DNA of 64,000 nucleotides from Bacilli bacterium (GTDB lineage Bacteria; Bacillota_I; Bacilli_A; RF39; UBA660): NCBI GenBank assembly GCA_046704245.1, contig JBJKSD010000019.1, positions 11,708 to 75,707 of the forward strand, read 5' to 3'. Shown piece by piece: positions 27,737 to 36,099 of this stretch (position 1 is its first letter; each line of letters starts with the position of its first letter). The notes under the pieces were generated by a model. It saw only the letters and a program-made list of their open reading frames with translations, ran no database searches and was not told where the DNA came from. The position numbers and the translations under genes were made by a program.

Positions 27737-29479
27737 ATGAAAGCAAATCAATATCGTAATCATTATGGTGGTTTACTTACTAATGACAATATTGGGCAAG
27801 AAGTTATTATTGCTGGTTGGGTTGAAAATATTAGAGATCATGGAGGCGTAATCTTCCTTGATATTCGTGATTATTATGGCATTATCCAAATAGTAAGTAA
27901 CGATGATTCAATATTTAATGGTATTACTAAAGAATCTAGTGTATCAGTTAGTGGTAAAGTCCGTAGAAGAGATGAAGAAGATTATAACCCTAAGTTAAAA
28001 ACCGGGGAGATTGAAATATTAGTTGATCAAATAACCGTATTAGGTAAAGCTAAAAATATTTTACCATTTGAAATTATTACTTCCAAAACCGTTAATGAAG
28101 AAGTAAGATTAAAATATCGATATTTGGATCTACGTAATCCTAGAGTAAAAGATCAAATTATCTTTAGAACTAAATTTATTAAATTTTTACGTGATAGAAT
28201 GTTTCAAAATCATTTTGAAGAAATTCAAACTCCTATTTTAACAGCATCTAGCCCAGAAGGGGCAAGAGATTTTATTGTCCCAGCTCGTAAATATCCTGGT
28301 AAGTTTTATTCTTTACCGCAAGCTCCCCAACAATTTAAACAATTGTTAATGGTAGCTGGCTTTGATAAATATTTTCAAATTGCTCCTTGTTTTAGAGATG
28401 AAGATGGTCGCAGTGATCGTATTTATGGTGAATTTTATCAATTAGATTTAGAAATGAACTTTGCTACTGAAGAAGATGTATATAATTTAGGTGAAGAAAT
28501 TTTCTATGAAGCTTTTAAACAATTCAGTAATAGAGAAGTAAGTCCTTATCCCTTTAAACGTATTTCTTATAAAGAAGCAATGTTAAAATATGGTACTGAT
28601 AAACCAGATTTACGTAATCCATTAGAAATTATTGATTTAACTGATATTTTTAAAGATAGTGAATTTAAACCATTTAGAGGTATAACAGTAAGAGGTATTA
28701 AAGTAGAAAATATAGCTAATAAACCTAATTCATGGTTTAATGAATTAGTTGATTATGCTAATAGTATTGGTATGCCTGGTATTGGTTATTTTAAAGTTAA
28801 TGAAGATATGTCTTTAGCTGGACCAATAGCTAAGTTCTTAAGTGAAGATGAAACTAAAGCTTTAATCGAACAAGCAGACTTAAAGAAAGATAGTGTTTTA
28901 TTCTTTATTGCTGATCGTAAAAATGCTTCTAAATTAGCAGGTTTAATTAGAGATGAATTAGGAAGAAAATTAAATTTAATTGATGAGAATAAGTTTGAAC
29001 TTTGCATTGTTAATAATTTTCCAATGTATGAATGGGATGAAGAACAAGAAAAATATATTTTCTCACATAATCCATTTAGTATGCCTCAAGGAGGTTTAAC
29101 AGGTTTAGATAATGATAAACCAGAAGATATATTAGCATATCAATATGATTTTGTATGTAATGGGGTAGAGATAGCTAGTGGAGCAGTAAGAAATCATGAT
29201 TTAGAAATAATGGAAAAAGCGTTTAATATTGCTGGATATTCACATGATGAATTAAAAGATAAATTCCAAGCTTTATATACAGCATTCCAATATGGAGCAC
29301 CACCTCATGCTGGTATGGCAGCAGGTATTGATAGAATTATTATGATGTTATTGAGTGAATCATCAATTAGAGAAGTAGTAGCTTTCCCAATGACCGTAAA
29401 TGGTCAAGATTTGATGATGGGAGCACCTACAGTAATATCTGATAAACAATTAAAAGATGTCCATATCAGAAAATTATGA
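27737..29479 (+). CDS. aspS: aspartate--tRNA ligase (probably non-discriminating, given co-operon gatCAB)
   Basis: Class II aaRS motifs (FRDEDGRSDR, GAPPHAGMAAGIDR) and an N-terminal OB anticodon-binding fold. 580 aa. Confidence 0.9.
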   Translation: MKANQYRNHYGGLLTNDNIGQEVIIAGWVENIRDHGGVIFLDIRDYYGIIQIVSNDDSIFNGITKESSVSVSGKVRRRDEEDYNPKLKTGEIEILVDQITVLGKAKNILPFEIITSKTVNEEVRLKYRYLDLRNPRVKDQIIFRTKFIKFLRDRMFQNHFEEIQTPILTASSPEGARDFIVPARKYPGKFYSLPQAPQQFKQLLMVAGFDKYFQIAPCFRDEDGRSDRIYGEFYQLDLEMNFATEEDVYNLGEEIFYEAFKQFSNREVSPYPFKRISYKEAMLKYGTDKPDLRNPLEIIDLTDIFKDSEFKPFRGITVRGIKVENIANKPNSWFNELVDYANSIGMPGIGYFKVNEDMSLAGPIAKFLSEDETKALIEQADLKKDSVLFFIADRKNASKLAGLIRDELGRKLNLIDENKFELCIVNNFPMYEWDEEQEKYIFSHNPFSMPQGGLTGLDNDKPEDILAYQYDFVCNGVEIASGAVRNHDLEIMEKAFNIAGYSHDELKDKFQALYTAFQYGAPPHAGMAAGIDRIIMMLLSESSIREVVAFPMTVNGQDLMMGAPTVISDKQLKDVHIRKL

Positions 29480-29982
29480 TAAATGTAGTCTTATATGAAC
29501 CAGAAATACCCCAAAATACTGGTAATATCATGAGAACTTGTGTTGCTACTAACGCTATCTTACATTTAATTAAACCATTAGGATTCTCTTTAGATGATAA
29601 ACATGTTAAAAGAAGTGGTGTCAATTATTTAAAACATCTAGAATATTATGTTTACGATAATTTTAATGATTTTCGTCATAAAAATAAGGGTACCTATTAT
29701 TTTTTAACTAGATATGGTGCTAAACCTCATACTTCTTTTGATTATACTAATCCTAACGAAAATATATATTTAATATTTGGCAAAGAAAGTACTGGTATAC
29801 CAAAAGAAATATTAACCGAATATATAGATTATTGTATGCGAATACCTATGACTGATAAAGTAAGAGCATTAAATGTATCTAATGCTGTAGCTATTATGGT
29901 CTATGAATTATTAAGACAACAAAATTATAATGGTTTATTATTTAAAGAACCTCATAAAAAAAATTATTTAATTAAAGAATAA
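29476..29982 (+). CDS. trmL: tRNA (cytidine/uridine-2'-O-)-methyltransferase TrmL (SpoU/TrmH family)
   Basis: SPOUT motifs (LIFGKESTGIP, the NxSNAVAI region). 168 aa. ATGA overlap with aspS. Confidence 0.75.
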   Translation: MINVVLYEPEIPQNTGNIMRTCVATNAILHLIKPLGFSLDDKHVKRSGVNYLKHLEYYVYDNFNDFRHKNKGTYYFLTRYGAKPHTSFDYTNPNENIYLIFGKESTGIPKEILTEYIDYCMRIPMTDKVRALNVSNAVAIMVYELLRQQNYNGLLFKEPHKKNYLIKE

Positions 29983-30076
29983 AAAAAGAGTTTATATTTA
30001 ATAAATTTTATGGTAGAATAATGTAAACACATTACATAATATTAATAATTGAAGGTGAGATAGAAAAAAATTATAA

Positions 30077-31765
30077 GTGATGGTGATTGTAATGATCGCT
30101 TTAGGGCAATTTAAACGTTTAAAAGAAATTATTGATAAATATATATATGATGATATTTGGAAAAACCATTTTCTTTTAGACAGCATATATGATGAAGAAT
30201 ATTATAATATGTTAATAAAATATTTTGAATTCATTTCAAAAGAAAATTTAGCTTGTGAAGAACTCCATGCTATTTTTTTATATTGTTACCAAAAGAGTAA
30301 TTTTTATTTTAATTTAATAAAAAATGATAATGATATTGAAAATGCAATTTTAAGCGAAAAATATTTTGGTTTTATTGAAAATGTAACTAACGATAGTATA
30401 ATTATTAGAAATGTAATGAAAAAATTATGTGAAGAGTTTGGTGAAAATTATTTAGAATCAGTTGCATCAATAGATCAAAATTTATCATATGATAATATTG
30501 AAATTATTAATAACTATAATGTTTCTAATACTGTAAAATTATATTTATTAATTAAATATTGGCAAGAAAAACAACATAAATATATTGAATCAGGATTTTT
30601 AAATAAAATAGATGAAATTTTTTATAAATACAATCAAAATAATGGTAATTTTATTTTTGGTACAAATTACGATGCAAAATTTACTTATTTAATGAATAAG
30701 TTTTTAGATCAAAAATTTATAAATATTGATTATTTTACGATGTTGCAAATAGTAGAACCAACATATGATTTTTCAAGCTTGGTTGGCGGAAAGGCAAATG
30801 GATTAATAAAATTAAACAGGATAAATTGCACCATTCCTACAACATATATATATATTGGAGGCCATTTTAATAAAGAAGATATTCCTAAGTTTGATAAATA
30901 TGCTGTAAGAAGTTCTGCTACATGTGAAGACGCAACAAATTGTTCGTTCGCCGGAATGTTTAATTCATTTTTAAATGTTTCAATTGATAATTTAGCTAAG
31001 AAAATATTAGAGGTTCAAGAATCAATTGATCTATCAAGGGTACAAACTTATTTAAAAGACAAAAAAATAGACAAGCTTCAGATGCGAGTTATAATTCAAG
31101 AATATAAAGAACCAATTATATCTGGTGTTTGGTTTGGTAGTGATGAAAATCCTGATTATGGAGTATTAGAATATATTGAAGGCTCTGGTGATAAATTGGT
31201 TGGTGGTTATGTTACCCCACACAGAGTAGTTTTTAATCAAAAAAATCATGAAAATAACTTAATTTCTATTTCAAAAGTAGAAATTTATAAACAACTAATA
31301 AAATATCAAAGTGAAATAGGTGAATGTTGCGATTTTGAGTGGTGTATAGTAAACAATAAATTAATAATGTTACAATGTAGACCAATTACAACACCTACTA
31401 AAAATTTTTTTGCACAATTTACTGATGAGGAAAATGAAAATGTTTTGAAGGGAATTCCTGCTTCTCCAGGCATTTATGCTGGTAATGCTATTTTTATAGA
31501 TGAATTAGCTGAAAAAAATAAATGGATTGATAATAGTATTTTACTCACTTGGTTTACTGATCCAGATTGGCTTGATATTATATTAAAATCTAAAGCTGTA
31601 GTAGTCGCAATAGGAGGATTTTTGAGCCATACATCTATCATCTGTAGAGAATATAATATTCCATGTGTATGTGCTTTAGGGAGTGAAAATTTATATAGGA
31701 TTAAAGATACAAAAGAAATAAAAGTAGATGGTAATAAGGGACTGGTTTATATATTAAAAAAATAA
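30077..31765 (+). CDS. PEP-utilising-enzyme-family phosphotransferase, copy 1 (ATP-grasp PPDK_N-like plus phospho-His swivel domain, no PEP/pyruvate TIM barrel)
   Basis: YAVRSSATCEDATNCSFAGMFNSFLNV matches the PpsA/PPDK nucleotide-binding region VAVRSSA.ED...SFAGQ...LNV. GGFLSHTSIICREYNIPCVCALG matches the swivel-His motif GG.TSHAAI.ARE.GIP.VVG. A unique N-terminal ~230-aa helical domain precedes these. Confidence 0.6.
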   Translation: MMVIVMIALGQFKRLKEIIDKYIYDDIWKNHFLLDSIYDEEYYNMLIKYFEFISKENLACEELHAIFLYCYQKSNFYFNLIKNDNDIENAILSEKYFGFIENVTNDSIIIRNVMKKLCEEFGENYLESVASIDQNLSYDNIEIINNYNVSNTVKLYLLIKYWQEKQHKYIESGFLNKIDEIFYKYNQNNGNFIFGTNYDAKFTYLMNKFLDQKFINIDYFTMLQIVEPTYDFSSLVGGKANGLIKLNRINCTIPTTYIYIGGHFNKEDIPKFDKYAVRSSATCEDATNCSFAGMFNSFLNVSIDNLAKKILEVQESIDLSRVQTYLKDKKIDKLQMRVIIQEYKEPIISGVWFGSDENPDYGVLEYIEGSGDKLVGGYVTPHRVVFNQKNHENNLISISKVEIYKQLIKYQSEIGECCDFEWCIVNNKLIMLQCRPITTPTKNFFAQFTDEENENVLKGIPASPGIYAGNAIFIDELAEKNKWIDNSILLTWFTDPDWLDIILKSKAVVVAIGGFLSHTSIICREYNIPCVCALGSENLYRIKDTKEIKVDGNKGLVYILKK

Positions 31766-31784
31766 GAAAATATGGGGGCTTATT

Positions 31785-31970
31785 ATGAACTATAACAAAC
31801 CACTAACATTAAATGAATACTATAAAATAAGAAAAGAGAAAAACGGGGCATTGCTTTTTTATCGGAAGGATTTTAGTGTTTTGAAAACTTCTGATTTTGT
31901 CTTCGATATAATATCAAAAATTGATTTAAAACATTATTCAGTAAACCAATTAATTAGTTACATAATTTAA
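31785..31970 (+). CDS. RRE/PqqD-like N-terminal fragment of the radical SAM maturase (frame-disrupted relative to the downstream body)
   Basis: The 61-aa ORF (LTLNEYYKIRKEKNGALLFYRKDFSVLKTSDFVFDIISKI) looks like a short peptide-recognition element. It ends with TAA at 31968 while the rSAM reading frame opens at 31958 in the -1 frame. Confidence 0.4.
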   Translation: MNYNKPLTLNEYYKIRKEKNGALLFYRKDFSVLKTSDFVFDIISKIDLKHYSVNQLISYII

Positions 31971-33115
31971 AAGAAACAGAAGAGGCATTATTTTTTAGTT
32001 TTGTCCAACATTTATTTAACTCGGGTGTTATTGAATATGGTAATAAAAGAAAAGTTATTTATCCTCAAGTATTTTATAATGTTAATAATAATTTAATTTA
32101 TCAAGCGCCCCAGTTTTTATGGTGGGATATTACAAGTAAGTGTAATTTAAAATGTTATTATTGTTATTCATCAGCCGGTTATATTGATGAAAATGAATTA
32201 ACAACTAATCAAATATATTTAATATTAGATCAAATTCAAAAAATGGGTATATTTTATGTGTTTTTTCTAGGGGGAGAACCTTTTTTAAAAGAAAATTTTA
32301 TTGATATAATTGAATATGCTAGTAAATTAGGGTTGGGAATTATGATAACAACTAATGGTACTATTATAAATTCTAAGATAGCTAAAAAGTTAAGAAATAT
32401 TGATGTATCAGTAATTAGAATAAGTATAGATTCTGCTAACAAAGACATTCATAATTTAATAAGAGGGAGTAATAAATCATTTGATAAATGTATAAATGCT
32501 CTTAAATGTTTATCAAGTGTTGGAATAGAGCACTTAGGCATCAGTACTACATTGGGCCCAGATAATTATAAAGGGATAGAGGATTTAGTAAAATTAGCAA
32601 AAAATTATAAATGTAATCACATACAAATTACTCCGATTAGTCCAGCAGGAAGAGCTCGCGAAACAGGTAAATATTTAAGTATTAAGCAGGTAGAAGAAGT
32701 GAAAAAAGTTTTGGCAGTTTTAATAGAAAAGGAAAGAACTGAGAAAACAAAATTTGTTATTGATGCGCCAGAAGGTATAATAATTAAACCTAATCAAATT
32801 ACAGTATACAAAAATAAAGAAAAAGTAGATTTAATGGGGTGCGGGGCTGGCCGTGTTTGTTTATCAATATATAGTGATGGTAGAGTTGGATATTGCTTAA
32901 TGAATAGAAAAGTGATAGACTCATTAAATAATAATACTTTACTAAAGATTTGGAAAAAAATTAATAAAGAAATAAAGAGAAAAGATAGAGGATTCTGTAA
33001 AAATTGTAAAAATATTGATATATGTGCTGGTCCTTGTATGGTGTTAGAAAACACTTGTGATTGTGAGCGAGAAAAAATAATGAATAATAAATTATTAAAG
33101 GAGGTTGCAAAATGA
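31958..33115 (+). CDS. radical SAM / SPASM-domain peptide-modifying enzyme, copy 1 (body; no in-frame ATG/GTG/TTG before 32243, so it is likely frameshifted from the RRE ORF)
   Basis: The open frame from 31958 encodes WWDITSKCNLKCYYCYS (CxxxCxxC at 32141-32164), then FLGGEPFL and a SPASM cysteine set (CGAGRVC...C...CKNCKNIDICAGPC). The first ATG (32243) lies downstream of the rSAM cluster motif. Confidence 0.65.
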   Translation, partial: LHNLKETEEALFFSFVQHLFNSGVIEYGNKRKVIYPQVFYNVNNNLIYQAPQFLWWDITSKCNLKCYYCYSSAGYIDENELTTNQIYLILDQIQKMGIFYVFFLGGEPFLKENFIDIIEYASKLGLGIMITTNGTIINSKIAKKLRNIDVSVIRISIDSANKDIHNLIRGSNKSFDKCINALKCLSSVGIEHLGISTTLGPDNYKGIEDLVKLAKNYKCNHIQITPISPAGRARETGKYLSIKQVEEVKKVLAVLIEKERTEKTKFVIDAPEGIIIKPNQITVYKNKEKVDLMGCGAGRVCLSIYSDGRVGYCLMNRKVIDSLNNNTLLKIWKKINKEIKRKDRGFCKNCKNIDICAGPCMVLENTCDCEREKIMNNKLLKEVAK

Positions 33116-33306
33116 CAAATATTTTAGTATTAAGAGCTTGGAATATTAAAGATTTATTTATTGAGCCCTTTATCAATGTAGATAGTGTGGAATGCTTTAA
33201 TGATGTAAATAATGATAAAGACGAAGTGGTATTGATGAGTAGATCTTGCCCTTGTAAATGTACTTGTACTTGCCAGTGTCAGTGCCGTTGTACTATTTTA
33301 GATTAA
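33112..33306 (+). CDS. Cys-rich RiPP precursor peptide candidate (leader plus CxCxCxCxCxCxC core)
   Basis: The 64-aa ORF has a strong SD (AAGGAGG, 8 nt upstream) and an ATGA overlap with the rSAM stop. Its sequence is MTNILVLRAWNIKDLFIEPFINVDSVECFNDVNNDKDEVVLMSRSCPCKCTCTCQCQCRCTILD. Confidence 0.6.
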   Translation: MTNILVLRAWNIKDLFIEPFINVDSVECFNDVNNDKDEVVLMSRSCPCKCTCTCQCQCRCTILD

Positions 33307-33340
33307 TAAAAATGATACTTATTCAAGTATCATTTTTTAA
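33306..33340. terminator. bidirectional Rho-independent terminator (AAATGATACTTATTCAAGTATCATTT plus T-run)
   Basis: Inverted repeat between the convergent precursor gene and the minus-strand thioredoxin-like gene. Confidence 0.55.
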
Positions 33341-33348
33341 TGTTTTTT

Positions 33349-33828
33349 TTATTTTATATAATCATTATCTCTTAATTTAGCTATTATCTCATTTTGTGAT
33401 ACAGCACCTGTAATTCTATTTACTACCGATACTTCAACACCATCATAGATAAAAGCTACAGTAGGAATATTAGCCACTTTTATAAAACTATCAAATGCTT
33501 CTAATTCTTCATTAGTTAAAGATTCTAGATTAAGATAATTAGCGTTTATTTTATACTTATTTAATACGGCTTTAAAATTAGGAGTAAATTGTTGACATGC
33601 TGGGCATGATGCTTTACCAACAAATAATATAAAATCTTCTTTATCTTTAATTAATTTATCTAAGTCATTATAAGTAATAGTAGTTAAATATTCAGTAGTA
33701 TTATTGTTGGTAGTTTCCTCATTATTATTTTGTTTTAATTGACTATTAATAAATAAAATAAGAAAAACCATAAATATAGAAAAAGCTAATACATAATTAA
33801 GTAGTTTTTTATTTTTCATATAATTCAC
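33349..33828 (-). CDS. membrane-anchored thioredoxin-like protein (CxxC = CPAC)
   Basis: N-terminal TM/signal anchor (LLNYVLAFSIFMVFLILFI), then a thioredoxin fold with FVGKASCPACQQF. Confidence 0.55.
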   Translation of the reverse strand: MNYMKNKKLLNYVLAFSIFMVFLILFINSQLKQNNNEETTNNNTTEYLTTITYNDLDKLIKDKEDFILFVGKASCPACQQFTPNFKAVLNKYKINANYLNLESLTNEELEAFDSFIKVANIPTVAFIYDGVEVSVVNRITGAVSQNEIIAKLRDNDYIK

Positions 33829-34197
33829 CTCATATATGTGAATTATAACATAAATATATATAATATAGAAGTAGGGAAATGGAGAATATTTTAAACTAAT
33901 ATTCTATATATAATATTGACTTCTATATTTAATTGTGTTATTGTCAATAATAACAAATTACAAAAATTTCCATTTTTAGATAGTATCTTAATAGTAATAA
34001 TAATTTTAATTTATCATAGATAATTAGAAAAAATATTTATTATTATGGAAGTGATTAAATGAGTAAAAAAAGCTTTCAAGTACAATTAATTATTTGTGAG
34101 GGTAGTGAGTTAGAAGGTATATATATCTAACATTCTTCAATTATACAATTGTCAAACAATAATAACTAAAATTAGAAATAATTATGAAATAATAAAA

Positions 34198-34602
34198 TTG
34201 TTAAATGGTACAGATATATTTGAACGAACAGACTTTATTATTATTAGTTGCCATAGTAGTGATGAATCTCATAATAAGAAAATCTATATTAATAACATCT
34301 TGGGCAAAGAAATTAATTTTGGGTCCCAAGATGTTAAAGATTTTTATACAATAAGTGATGTTCCACTATTAATTACGGGTTGTTATTTGGGCAGATCAGT
34401 AGTTGCCCGAAAATATTTAACTGCAGGGATCAAAACATATATTGGATGTAGTGGAGAAATACCGGTTGCATCAGTTATTTTATATATAACAATTTTTTTC
34501 TATGAACTTGTTATAAACAGAAAAAATATTAGTACTGCTCATCAAGTTGCACAATCACAAAATAAATATACTAAATTGTTTAAATTTTATATTAAGAATT
34601 AA
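34198..34602 (+). CDS. hypothetical protein (TTG start in the ORF track)
   Basis: 134-aa ORF inside the RiPP-like locus with several Cys/His residues (ISCHSS, ITGCYLG, IGCSGE). No confident family. Confidence 0.3.
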   Translation: MLNGTDIFERTDFIIISCHSSDESHNKKIYINNILGKEINFGSQDVKDFYTISDVPLLITGCYLGRSVVARKYLTAGIKTYIGCSGEIPVASVILYITIFFYELVINRKNISTAHQVAQSQNKYTKLFKFYIKN

Positions 34603-34650
34603 TCAAAAGAATTATATTTGTATATATATAAATAAAGGAGGGAATTTTAT

Positions 34651-34755
34651 ATGCAAAGAATAAAAAAATATGCAATTTCTAATTTCCTAGATGATTGCCA
34701 TTTTAAAAAAGGTGATGGATGGAAAGTAAAAAAATCAAAAAAATCAAAAAAATAA
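34651..34755 (+). CDS. small Lys-rich peptide ORF (34 aa) with a strong SD
   Basis: AAAGGAGGG lies 7 nt upstream of ATG 34651. The peptide is MQRIKKYAISNFLDDCHFKKGDGWKVKKSKKSKK. It overlaps the start of the next ORF in another frame across an (A7TC)n repeat. Confidence 0.3.
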   Translation: MQRIKKYAISNFLDDCHFKKGDGWKVKKSKKSKK

Positions 34756-35111
34756 AAAATGTTTGTGAAGAATTTTATGATATTTCTCCATCAGTTATAG
34801 TTCGAATTGAATATTTTGGGGGTTTAATAATTTTTAGTGAAAGTGGAGAATTAGCACAAATACCATTAGTAGATTCTATTTTTTTAAAAGCAATTTCGTT
34901 TGTTGGAGTACATGACCTTGCAATTAAAATTTTAAAGAATGTAAATCCTAAATTGAAATTTAATAGTAATTGGATAGAAGAATATTTGCAACACGGTATA
35001 TTGACAAATAAGAGAAATAATCCAGTTATAAAATATAGTGTTGCTTTAAAAAAAAATAAAACAAATGGTGAGTTTAGCATCTGGTCTCAATTGTTTGTCT
35101 GTACCTATTAG
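34719..35111 (+). CDS. RRE/PqqD-like N-terminal part of radical SAM maturase copy 2 (frame-disrupted at an A9 run)
   Basis: 130-aa ORF (VIVRIEYFGGLIIFSESGELAQIPLVDSIFLKAI) similar in character to 31785..31970. Deleting one A from the A9 run at 35048-35056 fuses it in-frame to the rSAM ORF (..ALKKIKQMVSLASGLNC..). Confidence 0.4.
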   Translation: MESKKIKKIKKIKNVCEEFYDISPSVIVRIEYFGGLIIFSESGELAQIPLVDSIFLKAISFVGVHDLAIKILKNVNPKLKFNSNWIEEYLQHGILTNKRNNPVIKYSVALKKNKTNGEFSIWSQLFVCTY

Positions 35112-36099
35112 TGTTGATATTTATCCTACTATGAGGTGTCAATTAAATTGTAAATTTTGTTTTGTAGATAAATCTTTAAGAATGGCCCAACAAAATACCG
35201 ATATGGATATTAAACAACTTAAGAAATTATTAATTGAATGTAAGGAAGTGGGTGTTGCTTATATATCAATACTTGGTGGTGAACCATTTCTATATAAACA
35301 CATAAGGAAAACATTGCAAATTTTATCAGATTTAAATATTAAAACGTCAATAACTTCAAATGGCATTACAATTCCAAAATATTTGGAGAAAATAATTAAT
35401 AATAATATAAATATAACGTTTTCATTACAAAGTTTGAATTATAAAAACAAGGAATTAATGGGAGTAAATGCAAATAAAGTTATAAGAAATATTCAAAAAC
35501 TAAGGATTCCTTATAAAATAAATTCGGTTTACACTTTACAAACTATTAAAGATTTTTATAATACTATAGATTTTTGTGTCAATAATAATGTGATAAGTTA
35601 TACTGTTTCATGTTTTAATAAGCGAAAAGATAATAGTTTAGAAGAAAAGTCTTTTAAAGATATAAAAAAAATGAGAATAAAACTGAAACAATATGTGAAA
35701 TTTAGAGGATATAATTTAAATTTTAGATTTGCTGGGTGTATGCAATATGTAGCATATAAAAATATAGGAAAAATTGTTCTACATGAAGATAATAATTTTT
35801 TTGTGGGATGTGAAGCTGGTAAGACAAAATTAGATATATTGCCGAATGGTGATGCAATGGCATGTATGATGTTTGAAAAAAATCAATTTGAAGTTGGGAA
35901 TGTTTTTAAAAAAGGGATTCAACAAGTATGGTTATATTCAAGCAATTTACAATATCTCCGGAAATATAAAACAAAAGATATTCTATGCAAAAAATGTATA
36001 TATAAAGTATTCTGTAATGGTGGATGTCCAGCTAGAAATTTATCAATAAATAGTAGTTTAACTAGTAAGAGGGATGATCGATGCAAGCGCATGAATTAA
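35065..36099 (+). CDS. radical SAM / SPASM-domain peptide-modifying enzyme, copy 2
   Basis: CxxxCxxC is MRCQLNCKFC, followed by ILGGEPFL. SPASM cysteines: CEAGKTKLDILPNGDAMAC...CKKCIYKVFCNGGCPA. Confidence 0.7.
   Translation: MVSLASGLNCLSVPISVDIYPTMRCQLNCKFCFVDKSLRMAQQNTDMDIKQLKKLLIECKEVGVAYISILGGEPFLYKHIRKTLQILSDLNIKTSITSNGITIPKYLEKIINNNINITFSLQSLNYKNKELMGVNANKVIRNIQKLRIPYKINSVYTLQTIKDFYNTIDFCVNNNVISYTVSCFNKRKDNSLEEKSFKDIKKMRIKLKQYVKFRGYNLNFRFAGCMQYVAYKNIGKIVLHEDNNFFVGCEAGKTKLDILPNGDAMACMMFEKNQFEVGNVFKKGIQQVWLYSSNLQYLRKYKTKDILCKKCIYKVFCNGGCPARNLSINSSLTSKRDDRCKRMN

Noticed and set aside
28786-29007. 73-aa minus-strand ORF inside aspS
   Set aside because: It is antisense within a highly conserved aaRS gene.
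29998-30186. 62-aa minus-strand ORF at the start of PEP-utilising paralog 1
   Set aside because: It overlaps the promoter and 5' end of a supported gene, has no SD, and is AT-rich low complexity.
32254-33176. Several minus-strand ORFs (64-86 aa) within rSAM/SPASM copy 1
   Set aside because: They are antisense to a coding region carrying the rSAM and SPASM cysteine motifs.
34059-34130. 23-aa ORF (MSKKSFQVQLIICEGSELEGIYI) in the AT-rich gap of the RiPP-like locus, considered as a second precursor
   Set aside because: It has only a weak SD, a single Cys and no resemblance to the copy-1 precursor. It cannot be supported from sequence alone.
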